Notes: a model not told the origin generated them from the sequence alone. Shown: positions 47,320 to 60,066, counted from the first letter of the whole stretch. The stretch is DNA of 63,932 nucleotides, filler included, from Lama guanicoe (GCA_013239625.1; 77 parts of 77 records of this genome joined end to end with filler, not necessarily neighbours in it); one strand, 5' to 3'. Program-made: numbers and translations.

Positions 47320-48591
47320 NNNNNNNNNNNNNNNNNNNNNNNNNNNNNNNNNNNNNNNNNNNNTTAATTAATTAANNNNNNNNNNNNNNNNNNNNNNNNN
47401 NNNNNNNNNNNNNNNNNNNTTGTAAATGGAAAGGCTGAGCTTCTTGCGGGTAGGACTATATATCAATTGGAGTATTTCTAGGATTCCTTCACAGCAAATA
47501 CCCTGCTTATATTTGCTACATAAATCTATCCACAACTCTTCCTACCCCCGTGTTATAAGAAACAAAGACCCAGGTTAAGCTACCTGAACACCTATGTGTA
47601 TGTGAGAAATGAGACTCTTGGGTGGGGCTTTGTGCAGATGATAATGAGAGCTTATTTAGGATGGCTTCATCTTAATTTCTTTTAAACAACACTTTTGGTG
47701 TAATCAGATAGATTAAGATCATGCCCTTTTGATGTGCAGAGGAGCTAAGACTATAATTTTAAAATAATTTCTAGTGAGAGTGTTGTACTTGAAATCTAAT
47801 TTGCATCAATCTTTGAAGATTTATATTTCAGGAGCTTTGACGAAAGAACACCTGTCTTTAATCATTAATGACAACTAAATGCTCAAGAAACATGTAAGAG
47901 TTTGTGCAAACTGCCCCCGCCCCATAGTGCTGGGTGGCTGCAGCTGTAACTNNNNNNNNNNNNNNNNNNNNNNNNNNNNNNNNNNNNNNNNNNNNNNNNN
48001 NNNNNNNNNNNNNNNNNNNNNNNNNNNNNNNNNNNNNNNNNNNNNNNNNNNNNNNNNNNNNNNNNNNNNNNNNNNNNNNNNNNNNNNNNNNNNNNNNNNN
48101 NNNNNNNNNNNNNNNNNNNNNNNNNNNNNNNNNNNNNNNNNNNNNNNNNNNNNNNNNNNNNNNNNNNNNNNNNNNNNNNNNNNNNNNNNNNNNNNNNNNN
48201 NNNNNNNNNNNNNNNNNNNNNNNNNNNNNNNNNNNNNNNNNNNNNNNNNNNNNNTCATTATCAATGACGGGAAGTTGTAAGGGAAAAGATATTGATTCAA
48301 CCTGAGATAACAGTTTTCTGAGACTCAGAATTGAAGAGGGTGATCATTGTTCGAGTGAGATGAGCCCCGGGTTGTACGGAGTCAGCATCCCTGTCCGGAC
48401 ATGGCACGTGTAGAGCTACGTGGTGGGTGAGGCAGCGCGGCCGCACAGGGAACGCGGATGCCGGGCCGTTGGGCTGTGCTCAGGCCCGGTGNNNNNNNNN
48501 NNNNNNNNNNNNNNNNNNNNNNNNNNNNNNNNNNNTTAATTAATTAANNNNNNNNNNNNNNNNNNNNNNNNNNNNNNNNNNNNNNNNNNNN

Positions 48592-49179
48592 GTAATATCA
48601 GGTATCTAATGTAGACTTCTATGGCTTTGTTATGTGAAAAGTTTAGACTCTTGCCTCTACGCAATTCCATGGGGTTCCTGTGAGGACTATTTCTCCTAGA
48701 CATTGATGCCATGTCCTGTTCCTGTGTGTGTTGTCTGGTACACCTCCAATTGCTGNNNNNNNNNNNNNNNNNNNNNNNNNNNNNNNNNNNNNNNNNNNNN
48801 NNNNNNTTATGCTTATCTTAAATTTCTGAAAGTGCACAGGACACTTCCTCTTGTGGAAATGAAACTTCTAAAGGTTCTCAGCTCTGCATTCTGTTCTGTG
48901 TCATTTTGGAGTGTTTCCAAAACAGCCAACTGAGAGTGCGTTTGTGCTTTGTAGTGCCACGGGAATGTCCCAATTAATCCAGTTCTTCCCACAGATTCTC
49001 TGTTTACAGAAACACCATTGGAAGCAGATCTATTTATGTTACACATCAGGGCCTGCTGGAATGATCCCGCAGACTTACCTTGGTGTCCTCGGTGCCGTAC
49101 CATTCCGGTGCCTTCGAAAATGTAGCATCAGCTTTTGGGAGATAATGCTGAAGGAAATGCTTCCTCTTCTCACGCTGTG
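48592..49179 (-). repeat. Macro-repeat piece F, containing a 69-bp exon candidate at 49079-49147
   Basis: Overlaps G, H, I and E; minus-strand ttccttcag|69 bp|gtaagt. Confidence 0.88.
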
Positions 49180-49910
49180 NNNNNNNNNNNNNNNNNNNNN
49201 NNNNNNNNNNNNNNNNNNNNNNNTTAATTAATTAANNNNNNNNNNNNNNNNNNNNNNNNNNNNNNNNNNNNNNNNNNNNTAGTCAATACTTTCTGTTGCT
49301 TTTATGTTCCAGCCAAAGACAAGCTTATATCCTCAGGGTGTCTCTTAATGCCTTTACAAATCTAAGACCACAACTCAACTTAGTTTAGTCATTTCTTTAT
49401 AAATCTGGCATCTGACTACCTTGGCATGTCTTTATGTTTCACTGTATCTGGAGATCCATGCAGGCAAATGCTTGTCAGCTATTTTAGCTGCAACCTCACC
49501 ACATTTCAACAACTCATCCTTCGACTTTGGGTGTCCTCCTTTTACCTACTTAGAATTTTTCTGTCACCCTTTCCCTACATGGATACCAGGACACTAAGCA
49601 CAGTACATGCCACGGGATGAATTTTAGTATTTAGTGAATGAAAAACACATGTTGACTTAAAGCAAAATCTTCTTTCCTGAAACAACAAAACTCTCATGGA
49701 TTTCAAACTATTTTCTTATGTTCTTTACTCTTTGCCGCAAACTAGCTGTTTTCATAGCCCTAGGACTAGTCACTCAAGATAGTAAATAGAAGTAGGTAAG
49801 GAGACAAAGTNNNNNNNNNNNNNNNNNNNNNNNNNNNNNNNNNNNNNNNNNNNNTTAATTAATTAANNNNNNNNNNNNNNNNNNNNNNNNNNNNNNNNNN
49901 NNNNNNNNNN

Positions 49911-50976
49911 ACCAAGGTAGGTCTGCGGGATCATTCCAGCATGCCCTGATGTGTGACATTCATTAATGAGCTTCCACTGGTGTTTCAGTAGACAGAGAAG
50001 CTCTGGGAAGAACTGCTTTCATTGGGACATTCCCGTGGCACTACAAAGCACCAGCGCACTCTCAGTTTGCTTTGTTTTAAACACTCCAAAATGACATAGA
50101 GCAGAATGCAGAGCTGAGAACCTTTAGAAGCCTCATTTCNNNNNNNNNNNNNNNNNNNNNNNNNNNNNNNNNNNNNNNNNNNNNNNNNNNNNNNNNNNNN
50201 NNNNNNNNNNNNNNNNNNNNNNNNNNNNNNNNNNNNNNNNNNNNNNNNNNNNNNNNNNNNNNNNNNNNNNNNNNNNNNNNNNNNNNNNNNNNNNNNNNNN
50301 NNNNNNNNNNNNNNNNNNNNNNNNNNNNNNNNNNNNNNNNNNNNNNNNNNNNNNNNNNNTTTTCACTTAACAAAGCCCTAGAAGTCTACATTAGATACCT
50401 GATATTACCTGACCAGTAGAGATGAAGAAGTACAGTAAAAGAAACAGGAAGTACCATTTTCAGTTCCAAAGATATTGAAGGCCCAGAAGATAAGCTTTCA
50501 AACAACTAGACTGCAAAACGCTCTCCAGACCAAGTGTTGAAAATGGAGGTCTGGAAAACCCTGAAGAACAACATTGTCTCAGAATCACAAAAGGCAGAAT
50601 ATCAGACAAATGGAAGAGAAAGTCTAAAGACGATCCAAAAAGTATCAGAAAACTCAATGGATGTGATAATATCAGGGCTAAAATTCAGTCCTTAGCAGAC
50701 TAGATAATGCAGAGGGACGCGTGAATGACTGTGAAGACAGGGGAACAGAAATCCCTCGGTCAGAAGCAGACATAGGAAAGCAAGTGCAAACCAATGAAAC
50801 ATTGCTGTTGAATCCTGGGTTAAGACAGGGCATGAAAGACTAGGGTTCATAAGAGTCCCAGATGGAAAAGCAAGAGATAAAGGAACAAAAATTGTCTGAA
50901 AATATATCTGTAGAAAAATCAGACTGTAACTTGCTGAAACCCAAGAAAGAATCATCTATGCGAATTCAGGAAGTAC
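49911..50976 (+). repeat. Macro-repeat piece I; 50460-50976 is a decayed L1 ORF1 relic
   Basis: GCAGACTAGATAATGCAGAGGGA..GAAGACAGG..AGAGTCCCAGA resembles L1 ORF1 at 56475-56645; overlaps F, G, H. Confidence 0.88.
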
Positions 50977-51814
50977 NNNNNNNNNNNNNNNNNNNNNNNN
51001 NNNNNNNNNNNNNNNNNNNNTTAATTAATTAANNNNNNNNNNNNNNNNNNNNNNNNNNNNNNNNNNNNNNNNNNNNCAGCCTTTGCAGGAGACTCTTCCA
51101 TTCTGGATGTTGAAACGCACCGTCTAGTTTGCTCTCTCGGACTGGAGGATCTAGCGTCTAAAAGAGCAGCCAGCTGACAGCCATTGGCTGGCAACGCTGT
51201 TCAGGGATCGCTCCAGGCTGCAGCACTCTCCCAAGCTCACCCCTTCCCGGAGCAGCCGGCGTCCAGCGACTACTCCACGCGGAGATACATGTCCAGGCTC
51301 TTTCACTCCAGCTCAGGACAGCTTTGAATGCCCAACTCAGTTACAGCTAAATCACTTCTTGATGCTGCCCTGCAGTCTAACTTCACCCTGTGCTCAATCC
51401 GGCGTCTTTGTCTTACCCCACAGGTGTTGTTTATTCTCAGAGCACTCCCTAATCATGTTCCTGAATGTTCCTTGNNNNNNNNNNNNNNNNNNNNNNNNNN
51501 NNNNNNNNNNNNNNNNNNNNNNNNNNNNNNNNNNNNNNNNNNNNNNNNNNNNNNNNNNNNNNNNNNNNNNNNNNNNNNNNNNNNNNNNNNNNNNNNNNNN
51601 NNNNNNNNNNNNNNNNNNNNNNNNNNNNNNNNNNNNNNNNNNNNNNNNNNNNNNNNNNNNNNNNNNNNNNNNNNNNNNNNNNNNNNNNNNNNNNNNNNNN
51701 NNNNNNNNNNNNNNNNNNNNNNNNNNNNNNNNNNNNNNNNNNNNNNNNNNNNNNNNNNNNNNNNNNNNNNNNNNNNNNNNNNNNNNNNNNNNNNNNNNNN
51801 NNNNNNNNNNNNNN

Positions 51815-52223
51815 ATATATATATATATATATATATTCCTTTTCACATTCTTTTTCATTATAGGCTATTACAAGGTATTGAATATAGTTCCCTGTGCTAT
51901 ACAGTGGAAACTTGCTATTTATCTGTTTTTTATATAGTAGTATGTATCTGCAAATCCCAAACTCCCGATTTATCCCACCACACCCACCTTTCTCCACTGG
52001 TAACCGCAAGTTTGTTTTCTATGTCTACCAGTCTGTTTCTGTTTTGTAAGTAAGTTCATTTGTCTCATATTTTTATATTCCACATGTAAGTAATATCATA
52101 TGGTATTTTTCTTTCTCTTTCTGGCTTACCTCACTAAAAATGATTTTAAGGCTGAGTAATATCCCATTGTGTGGGATAACTTCTTTATCCAAGCATCTGG
52201 CAATAGACATTTAGGTTGTTTCC
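51815..52223 (-). mobile_element. Cetartiodactyl-type LINE-1 3' UTR with (TA)n
   Basis: TTTTTCATTATAGGCTATTACAAGGTATTGAATATAGTTCCCTGTGCTATACAGT..GGTAACCGCAAGTTTGTTTTCTATGTCT. Confidence 0.9.
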
Positions 52224-52323
52224 NNNNNNNNNNNNNNNNNNNNNNNNNNNNNNNNNNNNNNNNNNNNTTAATTAATTAANNNNNNNNNNNNNNNNNNNNN
52301 NNNNNNNNNNNNNNNNNNNNNNN

Positions 52324-53180
52324 ATGGGGATGTCCCAATGAAACCAGTTCTTCCCAGAGCTTGTCTGTCTATAGAAACACCAGTGGAAATATATCTATGG
52401 TTGTCATACATCAGGGCCTGTTGGAATGATCCCGCAGAAGTTCCTTGGTATCCTTGGTACCATACATTGTTAATGCCACCCAAAATGCTGCATCTGATTT
52501 TGGGAGATAATGCTGAAAGAAGTGCTTTATCTTCTCACACCGTGGACTTTGACCACTTTTCCTTGTCCTCTCATCCTAGTGGCACGGGTGCACAAAGGCA
52601 ATTACAGAGCTGTTGCACATCCTGTGCCTCAAACCAAACCGTAATCCCAGCCCAGGTTATGAATGTAACAGATCCTAAAACTATTCATTCTGATTTCAAA
52701 CCCAAGGCCCCCTGGATCCCTCAGACCACATGCACGATTCCTCTGATTCAGCCCCACACGTGCTCTATTGGCAAAATGCCAAATTGGTCCCTGGTCCTGC
52801 AGATGCACTGGGTGTGGCCATGGGACATANNNNNNNNNNNNNNNNNNNNNNNNNNNNNNNNNNNNNNNNNNNNNNNNNNNNNNNNNNNNNNNNNNNNNNN
52901 NNNNNNNNNNNNNNNNNNNNNNNNNNNNNNNNNNNNNNNNNNNNNNNNNNNNNNNNNNNNNNNNNNNNNNNNNNNNNNNNNNNNNNNNNNNNNNNNNNNN
53001 NNNNNNNNNNNNNNNNNNNNNNNNNNNNNNNNNNNNNNNNNNNNNNNNNNNNNNNNNNNNNNNNNNNNNNNNNNNNNNNNNNNNNNGTCAGTCAAGCTGT
53101 GCACTCTTCTAAAACTCAGCGCATAACCGTGAATCCCAAGTCTCCTGTCCGGTTGAGAGTGTGCGTCCAAGTAAAACAGA
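52324..53180 (-). repeat. Macro-repeat piece E
   Basis: 52324-52545 matches 48960-49179; 53087-53180 matches 26211-26310. Confidence 0.88.
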
Positions 53181-53280
53181 NNNNNNNNNNNNNNNNNNNN
53201 NNNNNNNNNNNNNNNNNNNNNNNNTTAATTAATTAANNNNNNNNNNNNNNNNNNNNNNNNNNNNNNNNNNNNNNNNNNNN

Positions 53281-54177
53281 TCTAGGCTGCTCTCCCAGGT
53301 AGACAGGCACACAGAGACACTCTAGGCGGTACTCCCAGCTACACAGGCACACAGAGACACTCTAGGCTGCTCTCCCAGGTAGACAGGCACACAGANNNNN
53401 NNNNNNNNNNNNNNNNNNNNNNNNNNNNNNNNNNNNNNNNNNNNNNNNNNNNNNNNNNNNNNNNNNNNNNNNNNNNNNNNNNNNNNNNNNNNNNNNNNNN
53501 NNNNNNNNNNNNNNNNNNNNNNNNNNNNNNNNNNNNNNNNNNNNNNNNNNNNNNNNNNNNNNNNNNNNNNNNNNNNNNNNNNNNNNNNNNNNNNNNNNNN
53601 NNNNNNNNNNNNNNNNNNNNNNNNNNNNNNNNNNNNNNNNNNNNNNNNNNNNNNNNNNNNNNNNNGCACTCCCAGCAGGCACACAGAGACACTCTAGGCT
53701 GCACTCCTATTTAGACAGGGAGGGAGAGAGTCACATAGGACACTCTAGGCTGCTCTCCCAGGTAGACAGGCACACAGAGATACTCTAGGCAGCACTCCCA
53801 GGTAGACAGGCAAACAGACACTCTAGGTTGCACTCCCAGGTAGACAGGCACACAGAGACAGTCTAGGCCGCACTCCCAGGTAGACAGGCACACAGAGACA
53901 CTCTAGGCAGCACTTCCAGGTAGACAGGCAGGGATATAGGCACACAGAGACACTCTAGGCTGCTCTCCTAGGTAGACAGTCACAGAGAGACACTCTAGGC
54001 AGCACTCCCAGGNNNNNNNNNNNNNNNNNNNNNNNNNNNNNNNNNNNNNNNNNNNNNNNNNNNNNNNNNNNNNCACCCAGAGATAGGCTGCTCTCCCAGG
54101 TAGACAGTCAGGGAGAGAGGCACACAGTGATACTGTAGGCTGCTCTCCCAGGTCGACAGGCACACAGAGACACTCTA
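53281..54177 (+). repeat. 40-bp minisatellite TCTAGGCTGCTCTCCCAGGTAGACAGGCACACAGAGACAC with longer variants
   Basis: TCTAGG at 53281, 53321, 53361; some units carry a purine-rich insert (e.g. 53929-53941). Confidence 0.95.
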
Positions 54178-54277
54178 NNNNNNNNNNNNNNNNNNNNNNN
54201 NNNNNNNNNNNNNNNNNNNNNTTAATTAATTAANNNNNNNNNNNNNNNNNNNNNNNNNNNNNNNNNNNNNNNNNNNN

Positions 54278-55175
54278 ATAGAATGTAAAAACAGAATATA
54301 GAATATAGAAAAGAGAATGCAGAATTGAGAATACACAATATAGAATGTAGAAATCAGAATATAGAATATGGAAAACAGAGAACAGAAGCCAGAATTAAAA
54401 ACATGGAATGCAGTACACAGAATTTAAAATATAGAATACAGAATACTGAATATAGAATTTAGAACATAGAATGCGGAACACAGAATTTAGAATATAATAT
54501 ACTGAATATATTATTTAGAACATGGAATGCATAACACAGAATTTAGAATATAGAATACAGAATACTGAATAGAGAATTTAGAATAAAGAATATAAAACAC
54601 AGAATTTAGAATATAGATTAACGAATGCAGAATATAGAATTTAGAAAACACAATGAAGAACACAGTATATAGAATATTGAATAGAGAATATAGAACTCAG
54701 AATTTAGAACATGGAATGCAGAACACCGAGTTTAGAATGTAGAATACAGAGTACTGAATATACAGCTTATACTATAGAATGTAGAACACAGAATATAAAA
54801 TAGAGGATAGAGAAATAGAAGCCAGAATTTATAAAATGGAATGCTGAACAAAGAATTTTGTATATAGAATACAGAATAATGAAAATAGAATTTAGAGTAT
54901 AGAATGTAGAACACAGGAATTAGAATATAGAATACGGAAAGCAGAATATAGAATGTAGAATATAGAATGAAGAACACAAAATATAGAATATACGAGAGAG
55001 AATACAGAACACAAAATTCAGAATATGGAATGCAGAACACAGAAACTAGAATATTGAATTCAGAATAATGAATACAGAATATAGAACATAGAATGAAGAA
55101 CACACAATATAGAATATAGAATACGTAATGTAGAATATAGAATACAGAATATAGAATTTAGGACACAGAATATAG
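54278..55175 (-). repeat. Heptamer satellite fragment
   Basis: 7-bp GAA periodicity; colinear with 28720-28965 and reverse complement of 24970-25250. Confidence 0.97.
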
Positions 55176-56199
55176 NNNNNNNNNNNNNNNNNNNNNNNNN
55201 NNNNNNNNNNNNNNNNNNNTTAATTAATTAANNNNNNNNNNNNNNNNNNNNNNNNNNNNNNNNNNNNNNNNNNNNAATCAGCTTGACATCAAGAAGCAGC
55301 ATTCTGCTTCAAATGCAGATCAAGTATTGGGCAACCCCAGCTGATACAAATGACCAGAGAAGAAACCTGGTTTTAAAAACAAGCACCAGAGCCAACAATG
55401 AGATGGTGGTGAGGAAAGCAGGCGGCCAGATATCTGGAACAGTTTTCTACAAATAATTTCTCCACTGGAAATTCAAAAACAAAATGAATATGATGCAATT
55501 CTGTGCTGGTCTCACGTGAATGGAACTCCGGTGCTCGACAGTTCTGTAACCCCGAATGCAAGACTCAGGAGAATCAGCATGGCTCCTGGGAGTCCCCAAG
55601 TGACTGCCCACCAGCACGCTGACCACCATCACATCTGCCAGTGTTGTATTGTAGAGAAGAGACCAACTTCTAAAAAGCCCAGGAAATGTTGACAAGGGGA
55701 GAAAAGTCTGCGGTCAGTCCTGGGACAGAGTCCCTGAGAGCAGAGGCCAGAAGGCTGCAGGTGAACTGGAGTGGCCCTGGGGCAGGAAAGGACCACGGAG
55801 GAGCAGATCTTAATCCTCTACTCTCACTCCCTCGGGTAGGAGAGATAAAGTCTGCATCCTTCTCACATGGAACTGTGGGTTCCGNNNNNNNNNNNNNNNN
55901 NNNNNNNNNNNNNNNNNNNNNNNNNNNNNNNNNNNNNNNNNNNNNNNNNNNNNNNNNNNNNNNNNNNNNNNNNNNNNNNNNNNNNNNNNNNNNNNNNNNN
56001 NTTTGTATAAAAGGAAAAATTCATTAACAGCTGTGATATAGTAATCAGGAAGCCAACTCCACGAGCCTCTCAATTGCTCCCATATTTATTGTGTATAATN
56101 NNNNNNNNNNNNNNNNNNNNNNNNNNNNNNNNNNNNNNNNNNNTTAATTAATTAANNNNNNNNNNNNNNNNNNNNNNNNNNNNNNNNNNNNNNNNNNNN

Positions 56200-57033
56200 T
56201 CACAGTGCCAGAGAGGAAGGTGCAAGATGATGAAGCAGAGAAACCATTTCCAATTAAAAGGCAAGAGAAATCCTCTGAAAGTACGATCAGTGAAATAGAA
56301 AACAATAGCCTACTAGATAAAGATTTCAAAAGAAGTGTGATCAAATTAATGAAGGAAATAAAAGATAGTGTTTAGAGATNNNNNNNNNNNNNNNNNNNNN
56401 NNNNNNNNNNNNNNNNNNNNNNNNNNNNNNNNNNNNNNNNNNNNNNNNNNNNNNNNNNNNNNNNNNNNNNNNNNAGCTGACTAGATAATGCAGAGGAATG
56501 AATTAGTGACCTAGAAGACAGGACAATAGAAAGCACCCAATCAGAACAGCTATAAGAGAAACAACAAGAAACAAATGAAAATAGCATGAGGTCTTTGGGA
56601 TAATAGAAAGCATGCCAATCTTGGCATGATAGAAGTCCCAGAATGGGAGGAAATATCAAAGGGGATTGCAAAGGTGTTTGAAGAAATCATGTGTGAGAAC
56701 TTCCCAAACTGAAAGAAGAAATCAGATATCCAAGTACAGGAATCTCAGACTGTCCCAAACAGGAAGAACTCAAATAAACCCACAACAAGACATATAATTA
56801 AGATGGCCAGAGCCAAGGATAAAGAAATGATCCCAAAGGCAGCAAGAGAGTAGCAAAGAGTGAGTTACAAGGGAATCCCCAGAAGGATCACAGCTGATTT
56901 CACAACACAAATACTACAGAACAGAAGGGAGTGGCAAGATGTATTCAAAGTCCTGAATGGAAAAAATGATATACCCTAGGATAAATTAACCAGCAAGGCT
57001 ATTGTCTATGGGAGAAGGAGAGAGAAATATTTT
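56200..57033 (+). mobile_element. LINE-1 ORF1 fragment, degraded
   Basis: GAGAACTTCCCAAAC..CAAGTACAGGAATCTCAGAC..CAAGACATATAATT..CAGCTGATTTC..AGAAGGGAGTGGCAAGAT. Confidence 0.92.
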
Positions 57034-57133
57034 NNNNNNNNNNNNNNNNNNNNNNNNNNNNNNNNNNNNNNNNNNNNTTAATTAATTAANNNNNNNNNNN
57101 NNNNNNNNNNNNNNNNNNNNNNNNNNNNNNNNN

Positions 57134-58041
57134 ATATTCTAAATTCTGTGTTCTGCATTCCATGATCTAAATTTTGTCTTCTCTATTCTCTACCCTACAT
57201 TCTATATTTTTTGTACTCCATTCTATATTCTACATTCTTTATTCTCTATTCCGTATACTATATTCTATATTCTGTGTTCTACAATCTATAATCTTAATTC
57301 TATATCCAGTTTTCTGTATTCTACATTCTAAATTCTTTGTTCTGCATTCCATGTCGTAAATTCTGGGTTGTTGTATTCTGTTTTCCATATTCTAAATTGT
57401 GTGTTCTATATTCTATATTCTGTATTCTATTTTCAGCATTCCGTATACTATATTCTATACTCTGTGTTCTACATTCTATATTCTAAATTCTATATTCAGT
57501 ATTATTTATTCTATATTCTAAATTCCGTGTTCTGCATCTATGTTCTAAATTCTATATTCAGTAAAAAGTATTCTATACTCTAAATTCTGTGTTCTGGATT
57601 CCATGTTCTAAATCTTATATTTAGTTTTCTGTATTCCATATTATAAATTCTGTGCTATGCATTCCATGTTCTAATTTCTTTATTCAGTATTCTATATTCT
57701 AAATTCTAAATTCTATGTTCTAAATTCTATGTTCAGTATACTGTATTATATATTCTAAATTCTGTGTTCTGCATTTCATGTTCTAAATTGTGTTTTCTGT
57801 ATACTTTTTTCCATATTCTATAATCTGTTTTCTACATTCTAAATTCTGTATCCTATATTCTGCATTCCTTATACTTTATACAATATTCTGTGGTCTACAT
57901 TCTATATTCTAAATTCTATATTCAGTATTCTGTATGCTATATTCTAAATTCTGTGTTGTGAATTCTATGTTCTTCATTCTGGGATCTATAAACTATATTC
58001 TATATTCTGTGTTCTACACTCTATATTCTAAATACTATATT
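57134..58041 (+). repeat. Heptamer satellite fragment
   Basis: 7-bp TTC periodicity. Confidence 0.97.
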
Positions 58042-58141
58042 NNNNNNNNNNNNNNNNNNNNNNNNNNNNNNNNNNNNNNNNNNNNTTAATTAATTAANNN
58101 NNNNNNNNNNNNNNNNNNNNNNNNNNNNNNNNNNNNNNNNN

Positions 58142-58374
58142 TTCCTGCAAACCCCCCGAGCGTTCCCTGGCACAGAGACAGTAGGAAAATTCTCAGGGGA
58201 GACGAGCGTAGGCATTCCGTTAGAAACCAAGAGCTGCCTCCGTTGGTGGAACTTCCCCAAGCTCAGGAATCCGAAACAATTGTTAGTGCTTGGGGGAGCT
58301 CGAGAAACAACTCCACAGAGCTCTCTTCAGTCACAGGTGTTCCCTGTTATGGGAAGTCCGAGAAATACCTTCCC
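58142..58374 (-). repeat. 267-bp satellite, partial monomer
   Basis: Reverse complement of the monomer (CTCTCTTCAGTCACAGGTGTTCCCTG). Confidence 0.95.
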
Positions 58375-59412
58375 NNNNNNNNNNNNNNNNNNNNNNNNNN
58401 NNNNNNNNNNNNNNNNNNTTAATTAATTAANNNNNNNNNNNNNNNNNNNNNNNNNNNNNNNNNNNNNNNNNNNNCAGCAGGACAGAGTTCTGTAAGGGTT
58501 TGTTGTTGCTTTGTTTACTATTATTATCACCAAGTGAACCGTGAAATGAAGAAGAAAGGCAGCAAGAATTTTTATTTTAAAGGATTTTAAAATCCTCTGA
58601 TGAATGTTTCATTTCATCTATTCAAGTTTGCATTTGACCCTTATTAACAACTACACAATGGATGACTTTTGAGGCAATCTTGCTTCATGTCTTTAATTCT
58701 CACTAATGACCCAGGCTATTTAACAGGCTGCAGTTTCTTTTCCAGGAAGAAGGACAAAAATTTAAAAATGACTCAGTGCCTCTCGGTCCCCAGTGAGTTG
58801 GTTGTGACCTGTCAACCCAGCTTTGGGGAAGTGCCCGCTCCCCCTTGGCTCGCTGAGCTGCCCCGCAGCCTCCAAGGGGCGCTGTACCCCCACACGAATC
58901 CAGTCTCTTGGTTCCTATCTTTGCTTCAGATCCCTCAAGGACTGCCCATGACCCAGGGCCCCATCTGCCCCACCAGCCTTGGCTGCTGGAACACTATCCT
59001 GTCTCAACCATCCTCTGTTCCTATGTCCGCCTCACTACTCTACAGTTTGTCCTTCAACTGTGGGCTCCTGTGGCTCGCCACACAGCAGGGGTCTCCCCGT
59101 CATCCACCTTGGGTAACTGCATTGTCCTGCACGGTGGCTTGTGAACCCGTGTGGACGCAGGAAGAATAGAGAACAACAAGTGCTCAGTGGGGCTGCCTTT
59201 CCCACAGCAGGAGCCCTAGAGAGCTTTCTCCCAGCTTCTTATTCACAGGTGCTGAAACTGTGTAATCTCGATCTCACCAATTTAAAGGGCATCATCACTA
59301 ATTACAAAAGCANNNNNNNNNNNNNNNNNNNNNNNNNNNNNNNNNNNNNNNNNNNNTTAATTAATTAANNNNNNNNNNNNNNNNNNNNNNNNNNNNNNNN
59401 NNNNNNNNNNNN

Positions 59413-59966
59413 TCACCTTGAGTAATTCTTTTGAATAATCATATTTCCCTTGGTAAATGTCCGCCAACCGTAGCATTTTGGTGCTTGTTTGTTGGTTTGA
59501 TTCTTTGTTGGTCGGCTTCTAGCTTGTTTTGCAAACATGTCAGGCCATGCTTTGCGGGGAGCCGCTCGTGACGGAGGGCTGACGAGCACAAAACTTGGGC
59601 GTAAAACCCCAAAGTGCAGGGCGCCAGGCTCTGAGATTGAGGCTGCCGAGCACAAAGGTTGGGCCTAAACTCCCACAGTGCGGGGCGCCCGGCTCAAAGG
59701 TCAATTGAGTATGAGTTAGAACAATCTCTGTCCCGCCACCTCTTTTACTAAAGAATGCACCAGGTGCGCTAATGCCTGAGGAAACATCTTTGAGCTATTT
59801 AGTCACAAAAGACCTTCGGAGGGAGAGATACAATTGGCACACAAATCAGTGATCCTTTTAGAGGAATATCACCTGAGTTGAATATATCACCTGAGTTGAA
59901 TGTATACAAGTCACGAAGTTAGGCTTTATTGCCTACGTGCAGGAATGTATGAGCTAATGGGTTAAA
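59413..59966. mobile_element. Possible ERV/LTR leader-like sequence with 64-bp and 18-bp tandem duplications
   Basis: CpG-retaining; GAGCACAAA..GGCGCC.GGCTC at 59584 and 59648; ATATCACCTGAGTTGA twice near 59866-59900; no coding match seen. Confidence 0.3.
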
Positions 59967-60066
59967 NNNNNNNNNNNNNNNNNNNNNNNNNNNNNNNNNN
60001 NNNNNNNNNNTTAATTAATTAANNNNNNNNNNNNNNNNNNNNNNNNNNNNNNNNNNNNNNNNNNNN

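Noticed and set aside
52444..52512. YLPKSDAAFWVAL resembling the TBC-domain motif YLPEEDAFWAL
   Set aside because: Requires gaps, is not kept in the 49079-49147 copy, and exon boundaries do not fit
52338..52829. 164-codon plus-strand open stretch in macro-repeat piece E
   Set aside because: Same frame has stops in copies F and G; no recognisable protein
58669..59169. 166-aa ORF
   Set aside because: Non-ATG start, no recognisable domain or splice context
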